In this document: positions 51,365 to 61,300 of the stretch, one piece after another
How the letters are laid out: every line of letters starts with the position of its first letter
How positions within the stretch are numbered: the stretch's first letter is position 1
NCBI GenBank assembly: GCA_011364965.1
Contig: RDOB01000002.1
Coordinates: 96,001-160,000 of the forward strand
DNA length: 64,000 nucleotides
DNA from: Candidatus Heimdallarchaeota archaeon
GTDB taxonomy: Archaea > Asgardarchaeota > Heimdallarchaeia > Hodarchaeales > Hodarchaeaceae
Direction: 5' to 3'
Position numbers and translations under genes: made by a program
Notes under the pieces: generated by a model
What the model was told of the DNA's origin: nothing
The model's database searches: none
What the model saw: the letters and a program-made list of their open reading frames with translations, nothing else

Positions 51365-51712
51365 TTAGAGATCCTCCATATAAATTGCTTTTTCGCCTTT
51401 TCGGCCAGGACATTCATTTGAACATACCCCACAGCCTTTACAATAGAAATAATCAAATTCTGGACGAAGTTTTCCGTCATTTCCCGGTTTCATTGTAATA
51501 GCACTGTCGGGACAGAAAAAGTAACATTTTAAACAGGATATACAATTATCAGCATTAAGTTTAGGTTGTTTAGCTGCCCAATCTCCTGTGCGAAAGAATC
51601 TAGAAGAACCAGGGGGAGTACTTCCAGCCATAGGTAGCTTTTTATAACCCCATTTTTCTTTTACCCAAGTTTTAAAATCATCATCTGAAACTTCATTTGG
51701 TAAAGCTGGCAT
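51365..51712 (-). CDS. porD: 2-oxoacid:ferredoxin oxidoreductase delta subunit
   Basis: Motifs TGDW, CISCLKCYFFCPD and YCKGCGVCSNECP. Confidence 0.92.
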   Translation of the reverse strand: MPALPNEVSDDDFKTWVKEKWGYKKLPMAGSTPPGSSRFFRTGDWAAKQPKLNADNCISCLKCYFFCPDSAITMKPGNDGKLRPEFDYFYCKGCGVCSNECPGRKGEKAIYMEDL

Positions 51713-51714
51713 AA

Positions 51715-52284
51715 TTAGCTCACCTCATTAAACGAACGCTCGACAGCTTTAATATTCTTATCAGCGCCTTTATGTTTGAATCGCTCATTGATAGCACTAA
51801 TTACCGAATCAAGCTTAATTATATTGCCATTAGTTAGTTTAACCAATGCACCCAAAATGGCGGTATTCGTCTGTCTGATTCCAATCTCTTCTGCTGCGAT
51901 TTTTGTTGCATCAACAGTCGCAAATCTTGCACCTGGAGGAAGAGAATTTCTCAGTTTGACAACAGCTTCAGAATTTGGATTATCAGTATTCACAATGACG
52001 ATACCACCTTCTTTCAATCCTGCTGCCACATCGACTTGCCCTAATAATGTAGGGTCTTGAACCACCACAATATCGGGGTAATATATTTCCGTCTTTATGT
52101 AGAACCTTTCATCCGAAACACGAGCGAACGCAGCGATGGGCGCGCCACTCCTTTCAGGTCCAAAAGATGGAAATGCGTGTACATATTTATTCTCCAGTAG
52201 AGCGGCCTCTGCAATCAAATAACTACTAGTCATGACGCCTTGACCACCTCTACCATGCAATCGTATATCAATAATTTCAGCCAA
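51715..52284 (-). CDS. porG: 2-oxoacid:ferredoxin oxidoreductase gamma subunit
   Basis: Motifs IRLHGRGGQG, FGPERSGAP and NTAILGA. Confidence 0.93.
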   Translation of the reverse strand: MAEIIDIRLHGRGGQGVMTSSYLIAEAALLENKYVHAFPSFGPERSGAPIAAFARVSDERFYIKTEIYYPDIVVVQDPTLLGQVDVAAGLKEGGIVIVNTDNPNSEAVVKLRNSLPPGARFATVDATKIAAEEIGIRQTNTAILGALVKLTNGNIIKLDSVISAINERFKHKGADKNIKAVERSFNEVS

Positions 52285-52566
52285 ATAATAACAACTCCTA
52301 GTTTAATACTTCAGAAGTTTTTTATAAGATTGTTTGGTTAAAATCAAGATCATTTAACCTTACTAGGCAAATCCTCCTATTTCAAAAACCTCCTATTTTA
52401 TCTTGCTTAACAATAATAAAGCACCATAAAGTTGAAATGAATTCACTGAAAAAGAGATATAGTTAAAAAACATGAAGAAATCTATTTTTCAGAAGTTGGT
52501 TAATTTATGGTTTTGTCATCTATTTATCCTCCTGAGCGGACGTTTTAGTCAAAGAGGGATTTTCAT

Positions 52567-53088
52567 ATGCGTGACGAATGGGTTTTAAAAATCTGTGCTG
52601 CTGGATCATTTCAGGTCGGTAAAACGTCTCTCATTAGACGATACGCTGAAAATAAATTCTCTGAATCTTATACACCTACAATTGGGGTAGATGTAACAGT
52701 TAAAAAAATAGTCGTAGATAATCAACCAGTAAAGTTATTACTTTGGGATACCGCTGGGCAAGAGGTTTTCGGTAGGATACGTAGAACATACTTCGAGGGG
52801 GCTTTTGGATGTATTGTTGTTTATGATATAACAAGAGAGGAAACTTTCAAAGAATTAAATAGATGGATTTCTGATTTTCGTAATGTTGCTGGTGACAATT
52901 CCTCCATCGCTGTCTTGGGTAATAAAGCTGATCTTGAAACTCTTAGAAAAGTAACAAAGGTGGATGGGGAGAATTTTGCGAAGAAATTTAATGTACCTTT
53001 TAAGGAATGCTCCGCAAAAATTGGTGGGGATGAAATAACAGAAATTTATACCCACCTTGTCAAAAAATACCTAGATTCACTATCTTAA
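52567..53088 (+). CDS. Rab-like small GTPase
   Basis: Motifs GSFQVGKTS, YTPTIGVD, WDTAGQE, YFEGA, NKAD and CSAK. Confidence 0.93.
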   Translation: MRDEWVLKICAAGSFQVGKTSLIRRYAENKFSESYTPTIGVDVTVKKIVVDNQPVKLLLWDTAGQEVFGRIRRTYFEGAFGCIVVYDITREETFKELNRWISDFRNVAGDNSSIAVLGNKADLETLRKVTKVDGENFAKKFNVPFKECSAKIGGDEITEIYTHLVKKYLDSLS

Positions 53089-53096
53089 TCTCTTTC

Positions 53097-54335
53097 TCAT
53101 TCTTCCTCTTCACCCTTAAGAAAAGAAATTTTGCCAATAACAGCCTGATTTAAGTCATCATCAGCGTTTTTTTCACTTTCTTCGTCTTTTTCCTCCTCCT
53201 CTTCTGCTTCGGGTTCTACTTCAGCAGTTTCACTTTCTTCGTCTTTTTCCTCCTCCTCTTCTGCTTCGGGTTCTACTTCAGCAGTTTCACTTTCTTCGTC
53301 TTTTTCCTCCTCCTCTTCTGCTTCGGGTTCTACTTCAGCAGTTTCACTTTCTTCGTCTTTTTCCTCCTCCTCTTCTGATACTGTTTCAATATCTTCTTCC
53401 TCTTCTGATTCCCAATCACCCATCAATCTTCGTAATCTCCAAAGCATTTGAAGTTTTAAACGTCGACTTTCATTGTCAAATCCAAAATCATGAGCAAATT
53501 TTGGTGTTGTTGTGTATACTGATGATCTTGCCCGTGTTTCACCTATTATGTATTCTCTATCTTCAAGCTGTTTACATATTTCATTTATTCGAAGTGGCCC
53601 AATACCTTTTACGATTTTTTTGACCATTGCGACAGATATTGGTTGTCGATAGGCTATCTCGGTTAAGATTCTTCTTACATCTTCTTCCATGAATAGGTGA
53701 GGAACTTGCATTTGAAAAAAATCATGATATAAGGGATTTAATTGAAGCACCCATCGATCCTTTGAAATTTCTTCGATAACTATTGGAGAGTTCTTTTTAC
53801 GATTTCTTGATACTTTTCGGATCGCTCTTTTGACAACAGGGGATTCTTCTTGTAAAAACTCAATTAACTCATCAGCATGAATGGGTCTTCCAATTGAGAA
53901 AAGTGCTCCTTCAATTCTTTCTTCAAGAGTGATTGGCGGTAGTATTCTCTTGGGTTTGAAATATAATTCCAATTTATCTTCTTTTTCTTTCGTTGATTCC
54001 ATAAACATTTCAGGTGAAATGAAATCATCATAAGAGTCAATTTCATTATTTAAGATGCTTTCAATATACCTAGGAGGTGATAAATACTCTGAAACTATGG
54101 ATGTATCTTCTACTATGGTTTCTGGGGAAACTTTTTTTAGGATTTCAAATTTCTCTTCGAATGGCTTTTCTGATGGTAGACTTAAAACTTCATTCGACTC
54201 TTGTGTTGATTCAATTTGAGTAGTACCTTCAGTAGAAACTGGAGATATAACCTCTTTAATAGATTCCTCATCCTCTTCTTTTTTCTTGCTTATTTCTTTC
54301 TTTTCTTTTCCCTTACGTCGAAATAAACGAAACAT
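53097..54335 (-). CDS. scpB: ScpB/Kite-family protein (paralogue 2) with long N-terminal extension and acidic repeat tail
   Basis: Motifs RIEGALFSIGRPI, ILTEIAYRQPIS and YTTTPKFAHDFG. Confidence 0.85.
   Translation of the reverse strand: MFRLFRRKGKEKKEISKKKEEDEESIKEVISPVSTEGTTQIESTQESNEVLSLPSEKPFEEKFEILKKVSPETIVEDTSIVSEYLSPPRYIESILNNEIDSYDDFISPEMFMESTKEKEDKLELYFKPKRILPPITLEERIEGALFSIGRPIHADELIEFLQEESPVVKRAIRKVSRNRKKNSPIVIEEISKDRWVLQLNPLYHDFFQMQVPHLFMEEDVRRILTEIAYRQPISVAMVKKIVKGIGPLRINEICKQLEDREYIIGETRARSSVYTTTPKFAHDFGFDNESRRLKLQMLWRLRRLMGDWESEEEEDIETVSEEEEEKDEESETAEVEPEAEEEEEKDEESETAEVEPEAEEEEEKDEESETAEVEPEAEEEEEKDEESEKNADDDLNQAVIGKISFLKGEEEE
53171..53377. repeat. Perfect 57-bp tandem repeat, about 3.6 copies (encodes EEEEEKDEESETAEVEPEA)
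   Basis: The unit starting tttcactttcttcgtctttttcctcc recurs at 53171, 53228, 53285 and 53342. Confidence 0.95.
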
Positions 54336-54354
54336 AATACATCACTACAATAAA

Positions 54355-54915
54355 TCACTCGAATTGTAATTGACCAAGGGCATATTCCCTAAGACCACCT
54401 TGAATGGCTTTTTTTATTTGATTTGGATCTTTAGGTAATTTGAAAAGTGCTAGAAAATCTTCTGTGACATTAAGTATTCTTTTATTTCCTTTAGGAGTGA
54501 AAGTTACAAGGTTCATTGCTTGTAATTCTTCTATATCATCTACTGCCCTTTTTCCAAAAATTTTTTGCAATTTACTGGGCGTAACTTGCTCATTTAGAAC
54601 ATACTCTTTAAAAGCAAGAAGACTTAATACCTTTAAGAGATGTCTAGGCACCTCTGAGCGTTTGATGAAAGGCCAGTGGAGTCTTGTGGTAACTTCTTCA
54701 CGTAATTTCAGTTGAAATTTACCCTTGTCAACTTCAAAAATAGAATATGCCTTTTTTTGATCCATATGGCTATCTCGTATTTCCTCTATATATTTTTCAA
54801 CATCTGCTTCATCTTTCTGAATTAAGGTGGATAGCTCGGATAGAGAACATGGTCTATCAAATAAATAAAGGGCTGCTTCTATAATTTCCTTTTCCTTGAG
54901 AGCTCCTAAGTCCAT
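54355..54915 (-). CDS. scpB: ScpB/Kite-family protein (paralogue 1)
   Basis: Motifs IIEAALYLFDRP, FQLKL, LKVLSLLAFK and VTEDFLALFKL. Confidence 0.8.
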   Translation of the reverse strand: MDLGALKEKEIIEAALYLFDRPCSLSELSTLIQKDEADVEKYIEEIRDSHMDQKKAYSIFEVDKGKFQLKLREEVTTRLHWPFIKRSEVPRHLLKVLSLLAFKEYVLNEQVTPSKLQKIFGKRAVDDIEELQAMNLVTFTPKGNKRILNVTEDFLALFKLPKDPNQIKKAIQGGLREYALGQLQFE

Positions 54916-55069
54916 ATGTTAGTCAAATCCCAAGATTTTTTATCTTGCAAAGTATACTTAAATTTAAAGTTTATATTGCTGTTGTTACAAAATCAGCTTA
55001 ATGAAAGCAAAGGTTAATTTATACTCGGTTTTTACCATTGACTTAATGATTTTCAAAATATTTTAGGAA

Positions 55070-57481
55070 GTGAATATAACATTGACTCTAGGATTAGATA
55101 CTCTTAATCTCACTCATCAAGAAAGTAAAGTATACATCACATTATTAGCACTCGGACCGTTGTCATTAGGGGAAATTATACAGCATACTGGATTTTCTCT
55201 CGATGATACAACCCAATGCATAGATGTGTTAAAAAATAAAGGATATTTACATGTGATTCCAGGAGTTGCAATTCGATATAGGGTAATTCTTCCACTGGAC
55301 GACTTGAAATCTTCAACTGAAGCAACTATCTCTAAAATGGAAGATTTAGCAGCTCAACTTGATGAACATATCTCTAAAAAATTAGGTGTAATTATTACCA
55401 AGTTAAGGGAAGAAGCTAAGAAAGTGAAGGATGGTGTTGCTCATTCTCAAGAAAATATAAATCAATCTGAAATGAAAGCAGAGAATGAAGTTGAAGCTCG
55501 CATAGCAAAGTTTTCACTAGATGTCGAAGAAAGCACTGGGCAAACAAAGCAAGAAATTTCTTCTACAATGGATGAGAAGAAATCTGAACACCAAAATCTA
55601 ATCGAGGGATTAGAAGATTCCTTTAAAATTGAATCCAATAGAATTAAAGACGGCCAACAAGCTGTTAATAAAAATCTAATGGATAAATTTCATTCTGGGT
55701 TAGATGAGTTAGTTACACAAGAATCAGAGAGAGTAAAATCTCTCACGGATGAACAAAATGATATTTCTGAAACAACTGGCAATTTGGTTGTCGAAGGCAT
55801 TGAAAATGTCCGTCAAGCTGTCAATCAAACCGGAACATCTCTCTTTAGCTCAATTGATCAGAGAAATGAGAGGTTAACAAGTTCTATTAATACAGCTAGT
55901 ACCGAAATTTCCACTGCAGTTTCTGAATTCTCTACTGAAAACCAAGAGAGAATCATCTCATCTTTAAAGACGTATAATGATAAAATCCAGCAACAGATTG
56001 GTATAAGCTCTAAAGAAGCAACAGATATCTTCTCTACAACAGGCGAAGAGGTTAAAACAAAAACAGCTGAAAGTGTTCAAAATCTTCAACAAGCCTTAAA
56101 TACTACTCTTAAAGAAACTCAGACACAAATAGCAGAGATATTGACAAAAACAAAGGAAAATTTTGAACAGAAGATTGTAGAAACACAAAATCAAATTGAA
56201 ACGAAGATGAATGAGCTAACTACAAACGTTCAAAACCAAACTGATGACAAAATTTTGAAAGTTATCACTAATTCTGAAACTATGTTTAAGGATTTTGCTC
56301 AAGAATCAGACTCAATGTTTGAAATCACACAGAATGAGGTTAATACCGCTTTCACTAATTTGGTGTCAACAAGTAGTGATAGCGTTACTAATATAAAAAA
56401 TCAATCTTTAACTGAGTTAAATCGAATTGTAGATGCTTTAAAAACAGAAGTAAAGCTTCAGATTGATAGTTTTAACGAAGCTTTGAAACCTCAAGAACTA
56501 AAAATCCGTGAGGAATTCTCTAATTTTAGAAAACAATTAAGTTTATCGCAAGATCAAGGTCTTGCGTCATTCAATCAAGTTATGACGGCTTTTAAAACTT
56601 CGATTGATCAAAAGCATCAGGAATTAAATGATTTAGTAAGTAAAGAGAGTCAGAGTCTTATTGAGAGTGTCAATCAATATTTAAAAAGCGTGGAAGAACA
56701 GCTTACTGGGTATGATTCAAGATATAGGGAAACTCTTGTTGATTCTGCAGTTAGAAATTCAGAAAAATTAATTGCACAAACTCGCGATATTCAAGAGCAA
56801 ATGAAATCTACTGTAGGAGAATTTAGCAAGATTGCCTCCGAAGAATTATCAATGATTGTTGAAGTGGTTACCCAGAGTGTCGATGCAGAAGTTAAAACCT
56901 TAGAGAATGAATTAACAGATTATTCCTACAAATTTAATGAAGTTACTCAAGCTAATCAAGAGATTTTTAGGAATTATCTTCATTCAATAGAGAAAATTGA
57001 TTCTTTAATTAAAGACACGAAACAACCTGTTGTTGAAACAGCTCCAATTGTGTCAAAAGAAGCAACTCTTACGTATGTAAAGGATATGTTCTCTCGAATA
57101 ACATCAGGGATTACTCTTCTAATTCCAAAAATAGAAGATGTTCCCATAGATTTAATTTTAGCAACAAAAACATCTCAAAGGGTCAGCTTGGTGACTATTT
57201 GTAAACCTGAAAAGGATAAGGACTTTCTGCAAAAATTGCTACAGAAACCTAACGTTAGAATCCGTGCAGTTGATCCTGTAAAATTCGAGGACGTTGATAA
57301 ATATATAGCTGCAGATCGAGATGGTGAAGAAGTGATTATTGGAGTAACAGAGGATTCTGGAGAAGTATTAGCAATTGCTAGCCTCGCTGATTCCTTTATC
57401 AAATTGATGGGAAAGATAGTGTTAGGAGATTATTTCCTAGCTCGTTCCCAAGAAATTCAACGCAGTGACTTAGGCCTATAA
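55070..57481 (+). CDS. TrmB-type wHTH plus ~580-aa coiled-coil/amphipathic helix plus C-terminal alpha/beta domain protein
   Basis: LTHQESKVYITLLALGPLSLGEI..LKNKGYL, a Pro-poor helical middle, and a C-terminal domain with ADRDGEEVIIG. Confidence 0.75.
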   Translation: MNITLTLGLDTLNLTHQESKVYITLLALGPLSLGEIIQHTGFSLDDTTQCIDVLKNKGYLHVIPGVAIRYRVILPLDDLKSSTEATISKMEDLAAQLDEHISKKLGVIITKLREEAKKVKDGVAHSQENINQSEMKAENEVEARIAKFSLDVEESTGQTKQEISSTMDEKKSEHQNLIEGLEDSFKIESNRIKDGQQAVNKNLMDKFHSGLDELVTQESERVKSLTDEQNDISETTGNLVVEGIENVRQAVNQTGTSLFSSIDQRNERLTSSINTASTEISTAVSEFSTENQERIISSLKTYNDKIQQQIGISSKEATDIFSTTGEEVKTKTAESVQNLQQALNTTLKETQTQIAEILTKTKENFEQKIVETQNQIETKMNELTTNVQNQTDDKILKVITNSETMFKDFAQESDSMFEITQNEVNTAFTNLVSTSSDSVTNIKNQSLTELNRIVDALKTEVKLQIDSFNEALKPQELKIREEFSNFRKQLSLSQDQGLASFNQVMTAFKTSIDQKHQELNDLVSKESQSLIESVNQYLKSVEEQLTGYDSRYRETLVDSAVRNSEKLIAQTRDIQEQMKSTVGEFSKIASEELSMIVEVVTQSVDAEVKTLENELTDYSYKFNEVTQANQEIFRNYLHSIEKIDSLIKDTKQPVVETAPIVSKEATLTYVKDMFSRITSGITLLIPKIEDVPIDLILATKTSQRVSLVTICKPEKDKDFLQKLLQKPNVRIRAVDPVKFEDVDKYIAADRDGEEVIIGVTEDSGEVLAIASLADSFIKLMGKIVLGDYFLARSQEIQRSDLGL

Positions 57482-57483
57482 AT

Positions 57484-58371
57484 CTAGTTTTCTATTTTAT
57501 TCTTCTTCTCTTTTTTATCTGTTACTTGGATATAAATTTCGTAAGGGGGATTCAATTCTTGTTCTGCAGTGATTAATTCGTCCCTAAATAAATACAAGCA
57601 TGAAATGAGAACTCGAGCTCTCGTTAATCGCCTCTGTTCATCAGAACCCGCTTTTGGTTCCATTTCCCTTACAATCTTGGAAAATTCAGCTTCATTATTT
57701 TTATCCATTTCAGCTATTCTTTTAATTATTTCCAGAATATTTTTTACCATATCTTCTATTGCAACACGATCTAAATCTAGCTCATAGTCAAAGCTCTCAA
57801 AATCTGCTAAAGCAAGCTTTCTCCTTCGTTTTCTTTCTTGAGCAGTTCCTGCAAGTTCAGCTTTTTCTGCTTTGATTTTTTCTAATTTCTTCTTTTCATC
57901 CTCTTCTTGAAGAGCTAGTAATAATTCCGCATAGAAAGCATCAGGGTCAGCTGATTCCGCTAGGGAGAGCATTTGACGAGTCACATAGAAGTGAAGAGGA
58001 ATTTTAAATTGAAATTCACGTCTTTTTGCTCTAATTGCTAATTTTTCTTCTTGTTTCTTTTCATATTGAATAGCCATACTAACTTTTTTCTTTAAAATTC
58101 TGGAAGCAGAATAAATTGCTTGTCCTAAAATTCGAAAATCTAACCCTTGATCATTTAATTTTTTATAAAAGTCAGGAAGTATTTCCTTGATATTGAATTC
58201 TCTGATATAAGAGACTCTTTCTGGAAAGAGATCAGGATTAATTAAATAAACATATGGCTCCTCCAAGAAAAATTGACCACTATGACTCATCATACGAATA
58301 TAATCGTCATCATCATCGTCATCTTCTTGGTCTTCTTCATCAGGGGCTTTTGTTCCAAACAATCTAGACAC
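57484..58371 (-). CDS. scpA: ScpA/kleisin-like protein (divergent)
   Basis: Directly downstream of smc; LDFRILGQAIYSASRILKKK N-domain; C-terminal wHTH with ISCLYL..ITAEQELNPPYEIYI. Confidence 0.75.
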   Translation of the reverse strand: MSRLFGTKAPDEEDQEDDDDDDDYIRMMSHSGQFFLEEPYVYLINPDLFPERVSYIREFNIKEILPDFYKKLNDQGLDFRILGQAIYSASRILKKKVSMAIQYEKKQEEKLAIRAKRREFQFKIPLHFYVTRQMLSLAESADPDAFYAELLLALQEEDEKKKLEKIKAEKAELAGTAQERKRRRKLALADFESFDYELDLDRVAIEDMVKNILEIIKRIAEMDKNNEAEFSKIVREMEPKAGSDEQRRLTRARVLISCLYLFRDELITAEQELNPPYEIYIQVTDKKEKKNKIEN

Positions 58372-58381
58372 TTTAAATACC

Positions 58382-61300
58382 TCAGAAGCTCGTGGCTCGT
58401 TCTAATTGCTTATCTTCACTCATTTGAATTGAAAATATTGAGCTAAGTCCTTTAACATTTGTACAGCCATATAATCTATCAGCCCATGCCATTAGAATGT
58501 CACGATGACTAATAACTAGAAATTGAGCTCCAGGGGTGGATTTTTTCTTTCGTTGATCTTCATCACCTTCATCCTGACCAACACTTCGACTCATTCGATG
58601 AAGCAATTTAGCTACTCTTCTTACATTCATAGGATCTAAAGCGGCATCAATTTCGTCTAAGATGTAAAAGGGCTGTACATCAACTGTTTGAACTGCGAAT
58701 ATAAAAGCTAATGCAGTAAGAGCTTTTTCGCCGCCTGACATTGCTTCTAGTGAGGCAACCCTTTTTCCAGCAGGATGTGCTTCAATAAATAATCCTCCCT
58801 CAAAGATATCTTCCCCCTTTTTCGGATCTTTTTCCAATATTAATCTTGCGTCCCCTCCAGATAGCTCATTAAAGATAGATCCAAAATGCTTGTTCACAGA
58901 TCTGAAGGTTTTCATGAAAACTGTATATTTTTCAGTTTCAATATCCTCTATGAAATCTAAAATCACTTGACGTTCTTCAATCAGAATATCTCGTCGATCC
59001 AACAGCTCAATATATCTCGAATTTTCCTCCTGAAACTCTTTTAATGCGCGCATATTTACTGGTTCGAGGCGTTTCTTTTCAGCACTTTTGCTCTCAATAT
59101 CCTCTGTAATTTTACTTTCTTTAATTTTCTTTAATTCTTCAGCATCTGCTGAAAGAATTTCAATATTATTTGCGACTGCTTCATTTTGCAGATTTTCGAT
59201 TTCTACTGAAAAACGTTCACGTTGTAACTTAATCGAGGTAATTTTCTCTTCAAGTTGAGTAATTTTTTCGTTTAAGCGTTCTTTGTCTTTTACAAGTTGG
59301 CCTTGGTATTTTTTCTGGGTAGAAAGATCAGATTTTACTTCTTTCATTTCATCGGTTATGGAATCTTCTTTTTCTAAAATCTGTTTTAATTGAATACCAA
59401 TTTGCTCTTTTTGCTCTGATATCGCTTCAAGTTCCCCTTCAAGGTTTGCATTTTCTACTTTGAGCGCGTTTATTTCTTCTTGAGTCTCTAATATTCTGGC
59501 TTCTCTTTCTTCTTTGCTCTTAGTTAAGCTTTCGATCCTTGAGTCAATACCAGTCAATCTACCTTGTAATTTGCCTAATTTTTGTTCAATTTGATTCATT
59601 TGTTCTAAAAGGGGGCGTGTATCTGCAGCTTCTAAACGCGTTTCGATCTCATTCATTTCTTGTGCAATTTCCTCGATAGTTTTTTCGTATTGGTGCATCT
59701 CCTGCTCTTGTTCGTCACGAGACCTTGTTCTATCTGCTAATTGTTGCAGTAATGGTTTAATTTCTCCTTTATTCTTCTCAATGTTTTCTCTGTACAATTT
59801 AATTTCATTTTCTTGTTGATTTAAGGCAATAGTATTGTTTTGGATATTTTTTTCGAGTTTTTCAAGGGATTTTACTATAACATTTTCTAGATCATTGAGT
59901 TTCTTTAGACTGGTCTGGACCTCTTTCAGTTCATTCTTCTTTAAGTTTAATTTTTCTTCTGTTTCATCTCTCTCTATTATTAACTGGTTAATTGTTTCTT
60001 GTGCAGAAACTAAATGAAAACCACCAAAAATAATACCATTTGAGTAAAATACATCTCCATCAGTTGTTGTTACAGTTTGCTTTCCTTTACGCCAAATATT
60101 CACTGCCTCATTTAGATTATCAATAATTTCGTTCTGTTCCTTTATTTTTTTGACAATATTGGAAAATTTATCCTCTAATTTTAGTTTAAATTGCTCTAAA
60201 GGTATAAAGTTAGCAGCACCTATCGCATTTTCTTTTAACATCTTAATACAGAAAATTGCAGTATCGATTGTATCAGTTATTATGGCATCAGAGAGATGTC
60301 CGACCTCTGAGGGTAATGTTTCACCTTCTCTGGAAATATTTTGAAATTCCCCCAAAACACCTGAAATTTCTCCAGAGTTGGCTTTCTCACTTATGAAGGA
60401 TACTGCGGGGTTTTCTTTTCCTGACTCCGCTTTGAGAAAAGATGAGATTGTATCGATTCTTGCCTTCTTTACAATATACTGATCATTTAGCTGTCTAGTT
60501 TCTGAATCTAAGGTTAGAATTGTGTTCTCAATATTCTGTTTCTTCTCTTGGATCTCCTCCATCCTTTGTTGGGTTTCAGAGGTTTTGGTAGTATCTTCCT
60601 CAATTATCTGCTTTAATTCATTAAGTTTTGTTTGATTAATATTGATCTGTTCATCTAATTCTTTTTGACGTTTTTCATATTCATTTACATTATTTTGAAA
60701 TGCTGTGACCATATTCTGAGAAACTTCAAATGATACTTGGGTTTTTGTCAGCCGATCATTCTCTATACGGTATCTTCGCTCTGCATCATCATATTCATTT
60801 TTTATATCATCATACTCTTCGTTTTTTGCTTCGAGATCTTTCTCAACTGAAGATTTTTGAGTTTGTGTTTCTTCAATTTTAGCAATTAACTCTCTTTTAC
60901 CTTCTTCTAATTGACTTTTTGTTTGAAGATCCTCTTCTTTCTTTTTCTCAATTTGAATAAGTCGTTCTTCTAATTGTTTCATACGGTTTTCGTTTGTTTG
61001 GAGCGTTTTATTGTTATATTCTGTCTTTTCATCAATTTTTGCTTTCTCAATATTCTTTTCTTCAATATTCGATCTAATTTCTTTTAATGAGGTTTCTAAT
61101 CTGATGGTTTGATCTTCAAGATTTCTTATTTTTTCAGTCGTTTCATCAATATTTGCTGTTTTTCCATCTCGTTCGGTTATTAATGCTTCTTGATTAGTTC
61201 TAAATTCAGAGATTTCATCATCAAATTTCTTTATTCCCTCACTATTTTTATGAAATGCAAAGGAAATGAGTAATGCTTTAAGTTTTTTCACCTCGTTATC

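Noticed and set aside
53171-53377. Tandem repeat as a CRISPR array
   Set aside because: There are no unique spacers, the 57-bp unit is an in-frame coding repeat, and no cas genes are present.
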